In this document: positions 9,550-18,435 of the stretch, in pieces
Layout of the letters: each line of letters opens with the position of its first letter
Position numbering within the stretch: the first letter of the stretch is position 1
Source: Candidatus Bathyarchaeota archaeon
GTDB lineage: Archaea; Thermoproteota; Bathyarchaeia; Bathyarchaeales; Bathycorpusculaceae
Reading direction: 5' to 3'
NCBI GenBank assembly: GCA_963768425.1
Contig: CAVYHV010000009.1
Span: forward strand, 96,001 to 160,000
DNA length: 64,000 nucleotides
Notes under the pieces: generated by a model
Databases searched by the model: none
The model's input: the letters and a program-made list of their open reading frames with translations, nothing else
Told to the model about the DNA's origin: nothing
Translations under genes and position numbers: made by a program

Positions 9550-10719
9550 TTGTTTTGGAATTACTTCTGGCTAATTTGGGTCCTGTCCTCCATCCTATTC
9601 ATCAGGTTCTACTTTTACTTGATAAAACAGCATTCTAAATTAGTTGCGAAACCGCCAAGAGATAGATTTGGAACGCCGAAAATAATTTTTCAAGTGACCA
9701 CCAAAGGAAATATCGGAATAGTCCAGAACACAATTGATCGGGTGAATAACGTTTGTGCAGATATTGAGTACAAAAAATATGAATTGTGGGTGGTTACCGA
9801 CGCACAGGAAAATTTTGAAGGATGTAGAACCATCGTAGTTCCACCGAGTTACAGCTGCAATGCAATCCATAAAGGCAGGGCACTTCAATACGCGGTCGAA
9901 GTTCGAAGAAAAGAAAACAAATGCGACAAAGACACCTTCATTTTTCACCTTGACGATGAAAGCCTAATCACGAAACAAACATTATGCAGCCTACTCTGTT
10001 ACTTAGAAGACAATCCTAAACCGATAAGCGAAGGTCTAATAATTTATCCAGTACAGGAAAAAGAAGAAATCAAAATATCCAACCTTATGGATACGCTCCG
10101 ACCCTTCTGCTGTTACGAATGCTTAGCGTTGATGAGTGGTGGAAACCCAGCATACATCCACGGCTCAAACCTTTTGGTGAGAAGCGACGTTGAAGATGAA
10201 GTCGGTTGGAAAAATGGGAAAACCATAGCTGAAGACACACTGTTCGCAATCAATGCCCGATTGAAGTTTGGAAAGGACGCATTTGGTTGGCATGGCGGAG
10301 TTGTTGAAGAGAAAAGCCCTCTGAACCTAAAAGACTTGATCAAGCAACGACGAAGATGGTTTTACGGCTTTATTATGAATATGAAATTTTTTGAAAGAAG
10401 GGAGAAAATCAGGCAAACAGGAAGAGCACTAATTTGGACATCTGGGTTGTTTTCAGGAATTGCGTCAATCTTCGCCTTTTTCATCTATCAAGACATATAT
10501 TGGCCCTTGAGGGTCTTCTTTACAATAACAAGCCTAATGTGGCTGTCTTCCTACCAAATCGGCGCTTATGTAAACGGAAAATATCTTCCAACAAAAAGGA
10601 GAATAAGCTACCACCTCTTAGCCCTATTATCTTCAATAGTAATAGGCTTACTTGAATGTCTCACGCCAGTAATCGCTATCCTAAAAAAGCCTAAAACGTT
10701 TGAAGTAATCCAAAAATAA
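9550..10719 (+). CDS. GT2 glycosyltransferase (egghead/Bre-3-like beta-glycosyltransferase)
   Basis: HLDDES, HGSNLLV, IAED and QRRRW motifs with flanking TMs. Confidence 0.85.
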   Translation: MFWNYFWLIWVLSSILFIRFYFYLIKQHSKLVAKPPRDRFGTPKIIFQVTTKGNIGIVQNTIDRVNNVCADIEYKKYELWVVTDAQENFEGCRTIVVPPSYSCNAIHKGRALQYAVEVRRKENKCDKDTFIFHLDDESLITKQTLCSLLCYLEDNPKPISEGLIIYPVQEKEEIKISNLMDTLRPFCCYECLALMSGGNPAYIHGSNLLVRSDVEDEVGWKNGKTIAEDTLFAINARLKFGKDAFGWHGGVVEEKSPLNLKDLIKQRRRWFYGFIMNMKFFERREKIRQTGRALIWTSGLFSGIASIFAFFIYQDIYWPLRVFFTITSLMWLSSYQIGAYVNGKYLPTKRRISYHLLALLSSIVIGLLECLTPVIAILKKPKTFEVIQK

Positions 10720-11988
10720 TCACACTGTTTCGTTTATTTGCATCTTAAACTTCTTTACCAAAAGGATTTTGATAGCTAACATCCAAGCAAAAAACTGCCA
10801 TGCCACCACAGTCAAAAAGCGTGCAATCAGTCTCCAATCCCTGACGTTATGTTCAATTTGAATCGCTGTTGCGACGAGGGATTGAGGGGAAACAAGGTAG
10901 AAAAGCTGAAAAAAATTAGTGGTAAAGATCATGAATACTAACGTGATTACCCATAAGAAGTGGAAGTTGCGGAAATTAATCTTGGTGAACGGCAAAGCTA
11001 GAAGAGCTAGCGCGATTACAACGTTGACGTAGGGTTCGGAGAGCCAGGAATATGTTAGAAAAAAAATAAGCATTATACCGATTGCTTTCTGGGTTAATTC
11101 ATTGAATGTTTTAGGCGGATCACGATAAACGGCGTAGTAGCCCAATATCAAGGCGGGGATCCAAATGTAGCCTAATAACTCAAGTCCTGTCGGAATTGTG
11201 ACGGTGTCCCTGAAAAGTTCCACCAAGCTGAAAGGCGTCATACCGCCCGCTCTTGTGAAATACGAGGCTAGCTGGGTGCCTGAAGAAGGCATAGTCCAGC
11301 TGAGAGAGACGAAGGGTAGAATCCACAAAGCCACAATTACCGCTGCTGAAATCAGAATGTATACCGCTGTTTTGCGCCAACTTTGTTTTGAGATAAAGAG
11401 AATAGGAAGACCGATGAGAGGGAGCGAAATGGGTTTCAAAACTGCGCTTAACGCAAACAGAATTGCGCTTCCTTTAGTCTTGCCGTTGCTTAAAAGATAC
11501 ATCGAGGAAATGCACAAAAGTGCTATAAGCGAGTCGAATTGTCCCCAGGCTGCTGTTGTAAGCAGTAAGAAAGGGTTGAATAGTAGGAAAACCCACGCGA
11601 ACTTGATTTTTCTTTCGGATGCACCTTTCCTTCTAAGCAAGTTTTTGGTAAGATAAGCTAATCCAAAGTTGGCGGCGATAACTGGAATTTTCGTTGCAAA
11701 ATTGTAAAGAAAAATGTTTGGCACGATGCCGTAGGATAATCTGTAGATGGCGCCTAAGAGTAAAGGCCACAGTGGTGGATCTCCAATGATCGGGTTTACT
11801 CCAACTAAATAGGGAGAAAAAACTGTGACTAAGTGAGATTGATATGGGTTCAAACCGGCGCTGACCAGGTACCCTGTGTCCATGAAAGTTGTTTGGTCGT
11901 AGGCGTGCCCTAGGAAAATCGCTAAGGATACTTGGACCGCAATGCTCACCAGCACAGTTAAAACATCACGGCTAACGTGAAGATTCAC
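10720..11988 (-). CDS. GT-C fold membrane glycosyltransferase (GT87/PIG-like)
   Basis: Multi-TM; GHAYD, PPLW, FLLFNP, WGQFD, LKP motifs. Confidence 0.7.
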   Translation of the reverse strand: MNLHVSRDVLTVLVSIAVQVSLAIFLGHAYDQTTFMDTGYLVSAGLNPYQSHLVTVFSPYLVGVNPIIGDPPLWPLLLGAIYRLSYGIVPNIFLYNFATKIPVIAANFGLAYLTKNLLRRKGASERKIKFAWVFLLFNPFLLLTTAAWGQFDSLIALLCISSMYLLSNGKTKGSAILFALSAVLKPISLPLIGLPILFISKQSWRKTAVYILISAAVIVALWILPFVSLSWTMPSSGTQLASYFTRAGGMTPFSLVELFRDTVTIPTGLELLGYIWIPALILGYYAVYRDPPKTFNELTQKAIGIMLIFFLTYSWLSEPYVNVVIALALLALPFTKINFRNFHFLWVITLVFMIFTTNFFQLFYLVSPQSLVATAIQIEHNVRDWRLIARFLTVVAWQFFAWMLAIKILLVKKFKMQINETV

Positions 11989-12329
11989 GATAAAATCTTC
12001 CTGTAACGGCTTTCAACGACAAGGCTTGTTGCTCAATAGAAAAGTAATCAAGTAAGCATATTTAAAACTAAATCCTGAGCGAAAAGCCATGCTATTAAAA
12101 ACGCTGCCCGAACCAAGTGGGGTTGACAGAGCATACTCCGAAAAGAAGTCATTTTAAGGGAAGGAAAAAATGTTTTAGCATTTTTAGGTGGCTTACATAA
12201 TTTTGTGGTTGCATATTAAGAACAACTTAATGCAAAGTGCCCTGTTCAAGATGTTGTTCGGGGCTGTTTTGTGGGGTTGATTAGAAATAGTCTTAAAGTG
12301 GTCTTGCCGATAGTATCTTCGAAGTTTAT

Positions 12330-13514
12330 ATGCCGACTAATCTGCCGCCTGAAGCAATGGACAAATGGGAGCTAGTTGAAGCTGCTCATTCGCCTAAAGA
12401 AAAAATGGATGCCATGATTGAGTTCCTAAAGTATGTTCCACATCACAAGGGCACCATGAAACTTCGTGGCGAAATGAATAGGAAAATTTCTCTTATTCGC
12501 GCTGATTTGGACAAGAAGAAACGGATGGGCACGGGTAAAAGTAGCGGCGGGCCGAAGCTTTTTGTTGAAAAGGAAGGTTCAGCGCAGATTGCGCTAATCG
12601 GCATGACCAACGTGGGTAAGAGCTGTCTTATGAGTGCCACAACAAATTCCAAAGTGGTTGTTACCCCCACGCCTTTTAGCACACATGAACCAGTGCCGGG
12701 CATTATGAATTTTTTGGATGTTCAGTTCCAAATTGTTGAAGCCCCAGCAGTGATGGAGGGTAGTGCAGGCGGGCGTGCAGCCGGTCATGTTACGCTTGGC
12801 TTAGCGCGGAATGCTGACGGCGTGATCTTGATGATTGATTTATCCCGAGATCCAATTGAGCAATTGGATCTTGTTTTAGCTGAATTGGAGAAAAGCCGCG
12901 TTCTCGTAAGTAAGCCTAGTGGCAGGGTGGATATTGACCGTCGCCATGCTGGTGCCGCTTTGAGGGTGATTCTTGTTGGCAAACTTCTGGATTGCAGCAT
13001 GCAGGATGTTGAGGATTTACTTCGCAGCTACAAATTAACCGATGCTATTGTGAGAATCAGCGGTGAGGTGCGGCTTGACGACGTAGAAGATGCCATTTTT
13101 GAGACTACAATATATAAGCCAGCGGTTATAGTTGCGAACAAACTGGATTTGAAGGGCTCTGCGGCGAATCTTCGGCTTCTGAAGAGTTACGTGAACGGGC
13201 GTTTACCTGTTATCCCTATGTCATGTGAACAGAAGACAGGCATAACTGAGTTAGGACAAGCGCTTCTGGAAAGCTTAAAGATAATCCGCATTTACACTAA
13301 AGAACCAGGTTCCAAGGAGGATACAGGTCACCCGTTTGTCATGAGACATGGCGCAACAATCAACGATTTAGCAAAGAATATTCACAAGGAATTTGTGCAG
13401 AACTTCTTGTTTGCTATGGTATGGGCTAAACGGTTGCCTTTCAGCCCCAAAAAGGTCGGCTTAGGCTTCGTACTGGAAGATGGCGACATCGTAGAAATTC
13501 ACGCAAAAATTTAG
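12330..13514 (+). CDS. DRG/OBG-family GTPase with TGS domain
   Basis: MPTNLPPEA start, GMTNVGKS, NKLD, C-terminal LEDGDIVEIH. Confidence 0.92.
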   Translation: MPTNLPPEAMDKWELVEAAHSPKEKMDAMIEFLKYVPHHKGTMKLRGEMNRKISLIRADLDKKKRMGTGKSSGGPKLFVEKEGSAQIALIGMTNVGKSCLMSATTNSKVVVTPTPFSTHEPVPGIMNFLDVQFQIVEAPAVMEGSAGGRAAGHVTLGLARNADGVILMIDLSRDPIEQLDLVLAELEKSRVLVSKPSGRVDIDRRHAGAALRVILVGKLLDCSMQDVEDLLRSYKLTDAIVRISGEVRLDDVEDAIFETTIYKPAVIVANKLDLKGSAANLRLLKSYVNGRLPVIPMSCEQKTGITELGQALLESLKIIRIYTKEPGSKEDTGHPFVMRHGATINDLAKNIHKEFVQNFLFAMVWAKRLPFSPKKVGLGFVLEDGDIVEIHAKI

Positions 13515-13593
13515 GTTAGAAACTGAAACAAGAGTTTTCCCGCAGCTTACGCCTTGTGCCTCTTTGGGCTTAAGGATAATCTTGAAAAGAGGA

Positions 13594-14652
13594 CTAAGGC
13601 GGAGGCGGTGGTGGAGGAGGCGGCGGAGGAAGTGGAGCCCCTGATTGATCATTCTTTCTCGTATTTCTAAGCAGCATCAAAGCGACGAGGGCAACGACAA
13701 TTATTACTGCTGCAGCCACAGCACCATACATCCATAAAGAGTTTATTTGAGTAGAGTGGTCCTTTGTGGAAGATGAGGAAGTCGAGGTCGGAGTAGGTGT
13801 TGGCGTGACTTGGGCTATAGGTGTCGGTGTAACCGAAGGTCCAGAATATTGTGAGGATTCAACCAGCATTGAGTAGTTTGTTATTTTGCTTGTTAAAGCG
13901 GCTGTGTTGTCTGCAGGTGTGGCTGTGACTGAGACGCCGTTGCCCGGCGTGAGAGAGCCCGATGGGTCCAGGTAGTCTGTGTAGTTGATGGCAACGACTG
14001 TTCCGGAGGCGTCGTAGAACGTTGTCACAGCCCAGACGTCCCCGACTGTTTGGCTGCCTGCGTTTGTGATGGTTCCTGTAACAGTGTATGTGCCGCTGGC
14101 GACGTAGTGATTCAAGTTGCTTGTCGTTAAATCTGAGTAGGCTGTTTGGTTTGTAGTTAATTGCGCGCCCACATATAGTGTAACGTTTGTGACGGATGAC
14201 GCCCAGTTCGACGCCAATATTGTGTCCGTAATACCGCTATACTCAGGGTTAAAGTCCATGTAGAATGGGGCTTTCTGGCCTGAAGCAAGCGACTGCGCAT
14301 AAACTGAAGCGGTGGCCGTGCACAAAGCGCTCCCTGTCGAATTGTAGGCGGCGCCTTCGATAGATATAATGCCCAAGGTAGTGGTGCCTGTGTTTTGGAC
14401 TTCACCGACAGCGATCACGTCTCCTGCCCAAGCTGCAGGATCTTGAGTTTGAGAGATGTACCAGCTGTAGCTGACGAGTGTTGCGTGCCCAGTTTCCTGC
14501 GCCTTCGCATGAGGCGTTGATACTGCGGCGAATGCGCCAGTGACCAAGATGAATAGAACTAACGCTAACAATATTTTCTTCAATCTATCCCACTCAACCG
14601 AAATGATTCCTTGGAACCATTCTTCTCCAATACAGTTATTAAACTTTTTCAA
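13594..14652 (-). CDS. Surface protein with two Ig-like (FxLYD-type) domains, PT linker, C-terminal TM and polyproline tail
   Basis: Signal segment, GEVQNTG and GTITNAG...FYD repeats, TPTP linker, TM, P11 tail; true start probably downstream of 14652. Confidence 0.75.
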   Translation of the reverse strand: MKKFNNCIGEEWFQGIISVEWDRLKKILLALVLFILVTGAFAAVSTPHAKAQETGHATLVSYSWYISQTQDPAAWAGDVIAVGEVQNTGTTTLGIISIEGAAYNSTGSALCTATASVYAQSLASGQKAPFYMDFNPEYSGITDTILASNWASSVTNVTLYVGAQLTTNQTAYSDLTTSNLNHYVASGTYTVTGTITNAGSQTVGDVWAVTTFYDASGTVVAINYTDYLDPSGSLTPGNGVSVTATPADNTAALTSKITNYSMLVESSQYSGPSVTPTPIAQVTPTPTPTSTSSSSTKDHSTQINSLWMYGAVAAAVIIVVALVALMLLRNTRKNDQSGAPLPPPPPPPPPPP

Positions 14653-14790
14653 AATTTAACCCAAATTCTACCCCTTTCTTATGAAGGAACAAACTCACAT
14701 TCCAGAGATTCAGACCCCATTTTACACTTGTTTCCGGTTACTGTAACTATACCCTTTCTATCGAGAAAGCGAGGAACCATAGCTGAAATT

Positions 14791-14894
14791 GTCAAATTGT
14801 GTCAAATTATGTCATTCTGCGTCAATTCGTGTCAAATAATGTCAAAAAATGTCTCAACCTGCAGCCGATCCAAGTTCTGTTTCAAAAAAACAGC
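14791..14894. repeat. 10-bp-phased GTCAAA array plus conserved TCAACCTGCAG block, copy 1
   Basis: GTC at 14791, 14801, 14811, 14821, 14831, 14841, 14851; downstream block aligns without gaps to 33273-33316. Confidence 0.85.
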
Positions 14895-15031
14895 TAAAAG
14901 CAACCTGTTTAAAATTGCCAACACAACAACTAGTTCTATCAAATACACTTACTAGCAAAATATCAAAAACTAAACACACCAAAATACCTATGAATAGAAC
15001 AAAGAAAGAACAAAAAATGGAGTATATTGTT

Positions 15032-15622
15032 TTATCTGCTTGATTGTGCAACGCGTTCGATTTCGTTGCGTTTTGCTACGCCAGCGCTCTTTATGTCTTT
15101 GTTTGCCGCCAGTATCAGTTCGTCTGCGAGTCCTTCTTGGATGCTGCGTGGGCTGTTTGCGCTTGCTAAGCGTGCGCCTTCGGCTATATGTCTGATCGCG
15201 AGGTCTATGCGGCGCTGCGGTGCAACGTCAACTGACAGGTGGTAAACAACTCCACCGTAGCTTACTCGTGTGGTGTCTTCGCAGGGTGAAGCGTTTTCAA
15301 CTGCTTTAACTAGAACTTCTATCGGATTTCTGCCAGTACGTGTGTTGATGATTTCGAAGGCTTCTTTAACTATGTTGGTTACCTTGGCTTTTTTGCCTGA
15401 GTTCTTTCCTGGTCGCATCATGTTGTTGATTAAGCGTTCGACGATGTTTACTTTGGCTTTGCGGAATCTTTGGTGCTCGTGGCGTCCCATGCTGTGTGGG
15501 GCAACCATCGGGGTCAAGTTTAGGTATCGCTGCAGGCCGATGTCTACGACCTTAATGTCTTTGAAGCTCCATTTCTGGAAAAGCATGATTTCTTGAGATT
15601 GAGCTACACTTGTTTGTGCCAT
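15032..15622 (-). CDS. rps7: 30S ribosomal protein S7
   Basis: IVERLIN, GKKAK, NPIEVLV, RNEIERVAQSSR. Confidence 0.98.
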   Translation of the reverse strand: MAQTSVAQSQEIMLFQKWSFKDIKVVDIGLQRYLNLTPMVAPHSMGRHEHQRFRKAKVNIVERLINNMMRPGKNSGKKAKVTNIVKEAFEIINTRTGRNPIEVLVKAVENASPCEDTTRVSYGGVVYHLSVDVAPQRRIDLAIRHIAEGARLASANSPRSIQEGLADELILAANKDIKSAGVAKRNEIERVAQSSR

Positions 15623-15627
15623 ATAAA

Positions 15628-16068
15628 TTACCTTGCTGGCTTCTGTTTGCGTCCGTAGACGAGTTCGTTGAGACTTACGCCGTTAACCATAACGACCTTC
15701 CAGCGGACACCAGGAATGTCTCCCATCGCGCCGCCTCTTGTTCCCCCGATGCCTTCAACAACGACTTCGTCGTGTTCATCGACAACGTTTAGGGCGCCGT
15801 CTCCAGGTAAGAACGCGGTGATGGTTCTGCCGTTCTTGATTAGTTGGGTGCGGACGCATTTGCGTATAGCGCTGTTCGGCTGTTTTGATTCAACACCGAC
15901 TTTCTCCAGAACAATGCCCCTCGCTTGGGGTGCGCCCTGCATCGGATCAACTTTCTCGTCGAGCATAAGCATGCGACGGTTAAAATAACGATCGTGCCAA
16001 CGGAAATTCTTCCGTTTAGCTGCTAGCTGCCTTGCGGCGAATTCGCCTCTTGGTGACTTGGAACCCAT
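15628..16068 (-). CDS. rps12: 30S ribosomal protein S12
   Basis: [22 protein letters not shown]; start at MGSKSPRG. Confidence 0.98.
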   Translation of the reverse strand: MGSKSPRGEFAARQLAAKRKNFRWHDRYFNRRMLMLDEKVDPMQGAPQARGIVLEKVGVESKQPNSAIRKCVRTQLIKNGRTITAFLPGDGALNVVDEHDEVVVEGIGGTRGGAMGDIPGVRWKVVMVNGVSLNELVYGRKQKPAR

Positions 16069-16339
16069 ACTTTTAATATTCCTTCTTTTTGCACATGCAT
16101 AGTCAAAGTTCCAATATATAAACAAAACGAACCAAATTCGCCAAGTTAGGAAGTAAGTTTGGGTTATCTACAAAAAACCAAAGGTGAGAACTGAATACCG
16201 CTCAACGATTTGAAATCTAATCTGCTCACAAACCAAATTTAACCTTAAACCTGAATAACTGCACGTCTTTCTAATTCTTCATTTTTGCTAGAGCTCACGT
16301 CATAGATAAATATCTAAACGTTCTCAATATTAATTTGGA

Positions 16340-17317
16340 ATGCAAGTTCTAAAGCAGCATAAAAGAATGGTTTTGGTTGGGTTATTGTTAGTGACGGTGC
16401 TGGTTGTTTCTCTGCTTATTGTTCAGAACTCTTACAAGCCTTCTCCGTCAACCACTCCTTCACCGGAACCAACGTTAAGTTCACCAACGCTCACTGTAAC
16501 AACATCGCCTTCGCAATCCGTTACGCCTTCACCGTCAGAAATAGCTACGACTTCTTCATCGCCCACGTTCTACCTTTACCCAGGAGAAGTTACCCAATAT
16601 CAGAGTCAAAACTTAACGCCGGTTTCGGCTTTTCTCAGCGAATTGGCTCAACATCCAGATGTCTCCATCATGGGAACGCAGGAATTAGACGAATCAACTT
16701 ATCGCCTAACAGTCACTGGGCTTGTAAACAACCCTGTTGAGTACACGTACAACGATGTAGTTAATGACTTCACTTCTTACCAAAATGTTGCAACGCTTCT
16801 TTGCGTGGAAGGCTGGAGTGCCACTTGCCTTTGGCAAGGAGTCCCAGTGAGCGACCTCATTAATGAGGCAGGGGTTAGCCCAAATGCGACAACTTTAATC
16901 TTTGTAGCGTCCGACGGATACACCACATCGTTTCCCTTGAACTACGTCCTGCAAAGCAACATGACTTTAGCCTACAAAATGAACAACGTAACCCTGCCTC
17001 CCGCCGCAGGATGGCCGTTTATGCTTGTACCTCAAAACCAATATGGATACAAATGGATAAGATGGGTAACCCAAATCGACGTTTCAAATGACTCAAGCTA
17101 CCTTGGATACTGGGAAAGCAGGGGGTACCCGAACAACGCCACAGTCGACAACCCCGGCGTGATGCCCGCGAGTGCATTTGCAGCAGCTGAGATAATTGGA
17201 TTCGTCGTCGTCATCGTGGTTTTGGTTGTGGCTTCTTACATGATTTTGGTCAGGTTTAGAAGAAGGTATTCCAGTCGGGAAGAAGGCGAGCATGAAATCT
17301 CTTCCGGAAATATGTGA
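16340..17317 (+). CDS. Membrane-anchored molybdopterin-dependent oxidoreductase (sulfite oxidase/MsrP family)
   Basis: LTVTGLV, CVEGW, WQGV, DGYTT, GWPF, YGYKWIRWV, GYWESRG. Confidence 0.85.
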   Translation: MQVLKQHKRMVLVGLLLVTVLVVSLLIVQNSYKPSPSTTPSPEPTLSSPTLTVTTSPSQSVTPSPSEIATTSSSPTFYLYPGEVTQYQSQNLTPVSAFLSELAQHPDVSIMGTQELDESTYRLTVTGLVNNPVEYTYNDVVNDFTSYQNVATLLCVEGWSATCLWQGVPVSDLINEAGVSPNATTLIFVASDGYTTSFPLNYVLQSNMTLAYKMNNVTLPPAAGWPFMLVPQNQYGYKWIRWVTQIDVSNDSSYLGYWESRGYPNNATVDNPGVMPASAFAAAEIIGFVVVIVVLVVASYMILVRFRRRYSSREEGEHEISSGNM

Positions 17318-17387
17318 AAGAACGCCTTCTTCTTTAAAGCCTATAAACTACATCCGCAAGTAGTTATTTAGAGGCAGGTTCTCTATT

Positions 17388-17570
17388 ATGGCTCAGTTTG
17401 AGGTGTATAAGGATAATGCTCGACTTTTCAGATGGCGGCTAAGAGCAAGCGATAACACTGTCATAGCGGAAAGTTGTGAAGGCTACTACAACAGGTCTGA
17501 CTGCGAGAATGCAGTTAATTTGGTTCGCAACGAGGCGCCAAGAGCGGACTTAATTCTAAACAACACTTAG
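17388..17570 (+). CDS. YegP/DUF1508 family single-domain protein
   Basis: FEVYKD..FRWRLRA...IAES.EGY...C.NA pattern. Confidence 0.85.
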   Translation: MAQFEVYKDNARLFRWRLRASDNTVIAESCEGYYNRSDCENAVNLVRNEAPRADLILNNT

Positions 17571-17698
17571 CCGCCAGGCGCGGGCGTCAAAAATACTAAG
17601 AGAAGACGAAAAAGGCTATCGGCTCTATGCCCTTTGGGTTTTTCGCAAAAAGGTTTTAAGCTTAAGTCTGCGCTCTTTGATTGAAGAGGTTATTGAGT

Positions 17699-17803
17699 TT
17701 GGATAAAAAATGCCCAGTTTGCAAACGAGCCTACACAACATTTAACGCTAAAAGCAAGTATTGCAGCGACGCCTGCGCGAAGAAAGCAGGAAAATCAAAG
17801 TAA
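17699..17803 (+). CDS. 34-aa zinc-ribbon protein (CxxC...YCSxxC), not in ORF track
   Basis: TTG start after GAGGT; MDKKCPVCKRAYTTFNAKSKYCSDACAKKAGKSK. Confidence 0.7.
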   Translation: MDKKCPVCKRAYTTFNAKSKYCSDACAKKAGKSK

Positions 17804-17917
17804 TTCGCCCATTCGGTCAGCCGCTTCTTTCCATCTTTATTTAAGGGGTTGGCAAATTAAAAATAACAGTTACTGCATAATGTATTATGCTGATTGAAAC
17901 TTTGTGGAGGTTTCGTA

Positions 17918-18097
17918 TTGGCGGAAAATGTTGAGTATGTGAAGGGTCCTGAGCCTGACAGGTGGCATTGGCAAAAAGACTGCAAGCAGTACCCTCGTGT
18001 TGTCCTTCGGAAACGCCTCGGCAGACCATCTTCAGATCTCTGCGATGAATGCTTAGACTTAGAGAGACTTGAGATACGTAAAATAGCCATGGCTTAG
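17918..18097 (+). CDS. Small putative Zn-binding protein (H-x4-C...CxxC)
   Basis: TTG after GGAGG; WHWQKDC...LCDEC. Confidence 0.6.
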   Translation: MAENVEYVKGPEPDRWHWQKDCKQYPRVVLRKRLGRPSSDLCDECLDLERLEIRKIAMA

Positions 18098-18435
18098 CGA
18101 GGTTTATCCCTTGAAAAATTGCAGCATAAACCTTAGCTTATGCTTTACCAGTGCCACTAAAAAACCCAAGTTAGTTTCGTTTTTTGAGTAATCTTTCGAA
18201 AAATCTATGGTGGACTGAGGAGATTACTGAGAATTTTTTAATATTAACTAGTTTGCCCGTCAATATAGTTAAGAATTGATTCTGGTTCCCTCTCTTCCTG
18301 AAGGTTCCAGACTGCCCTTAACCAAACCTTCTATAAACGGTAAGCTTGACGTTTATCAGCATGCTTTTATTTGGGGCGAAAGAACTATCCCTTAACAAGC
18401 CCTTAAAACATTAGCTTAGAAGGCGCATTTCCAAA

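Noticed and set aside
14791-14860. Phased repeats as a CRISPR array
   Set aside because: Period is 10 bp with no spacer-length unique sequence, and no cas genes are present
14611-15051. Short ORFs across the phased array (e.g. CQIMS repeats)
   Set aside because: A 10-bp period is incompatible with a codon repeat, and the translations are low-complexity
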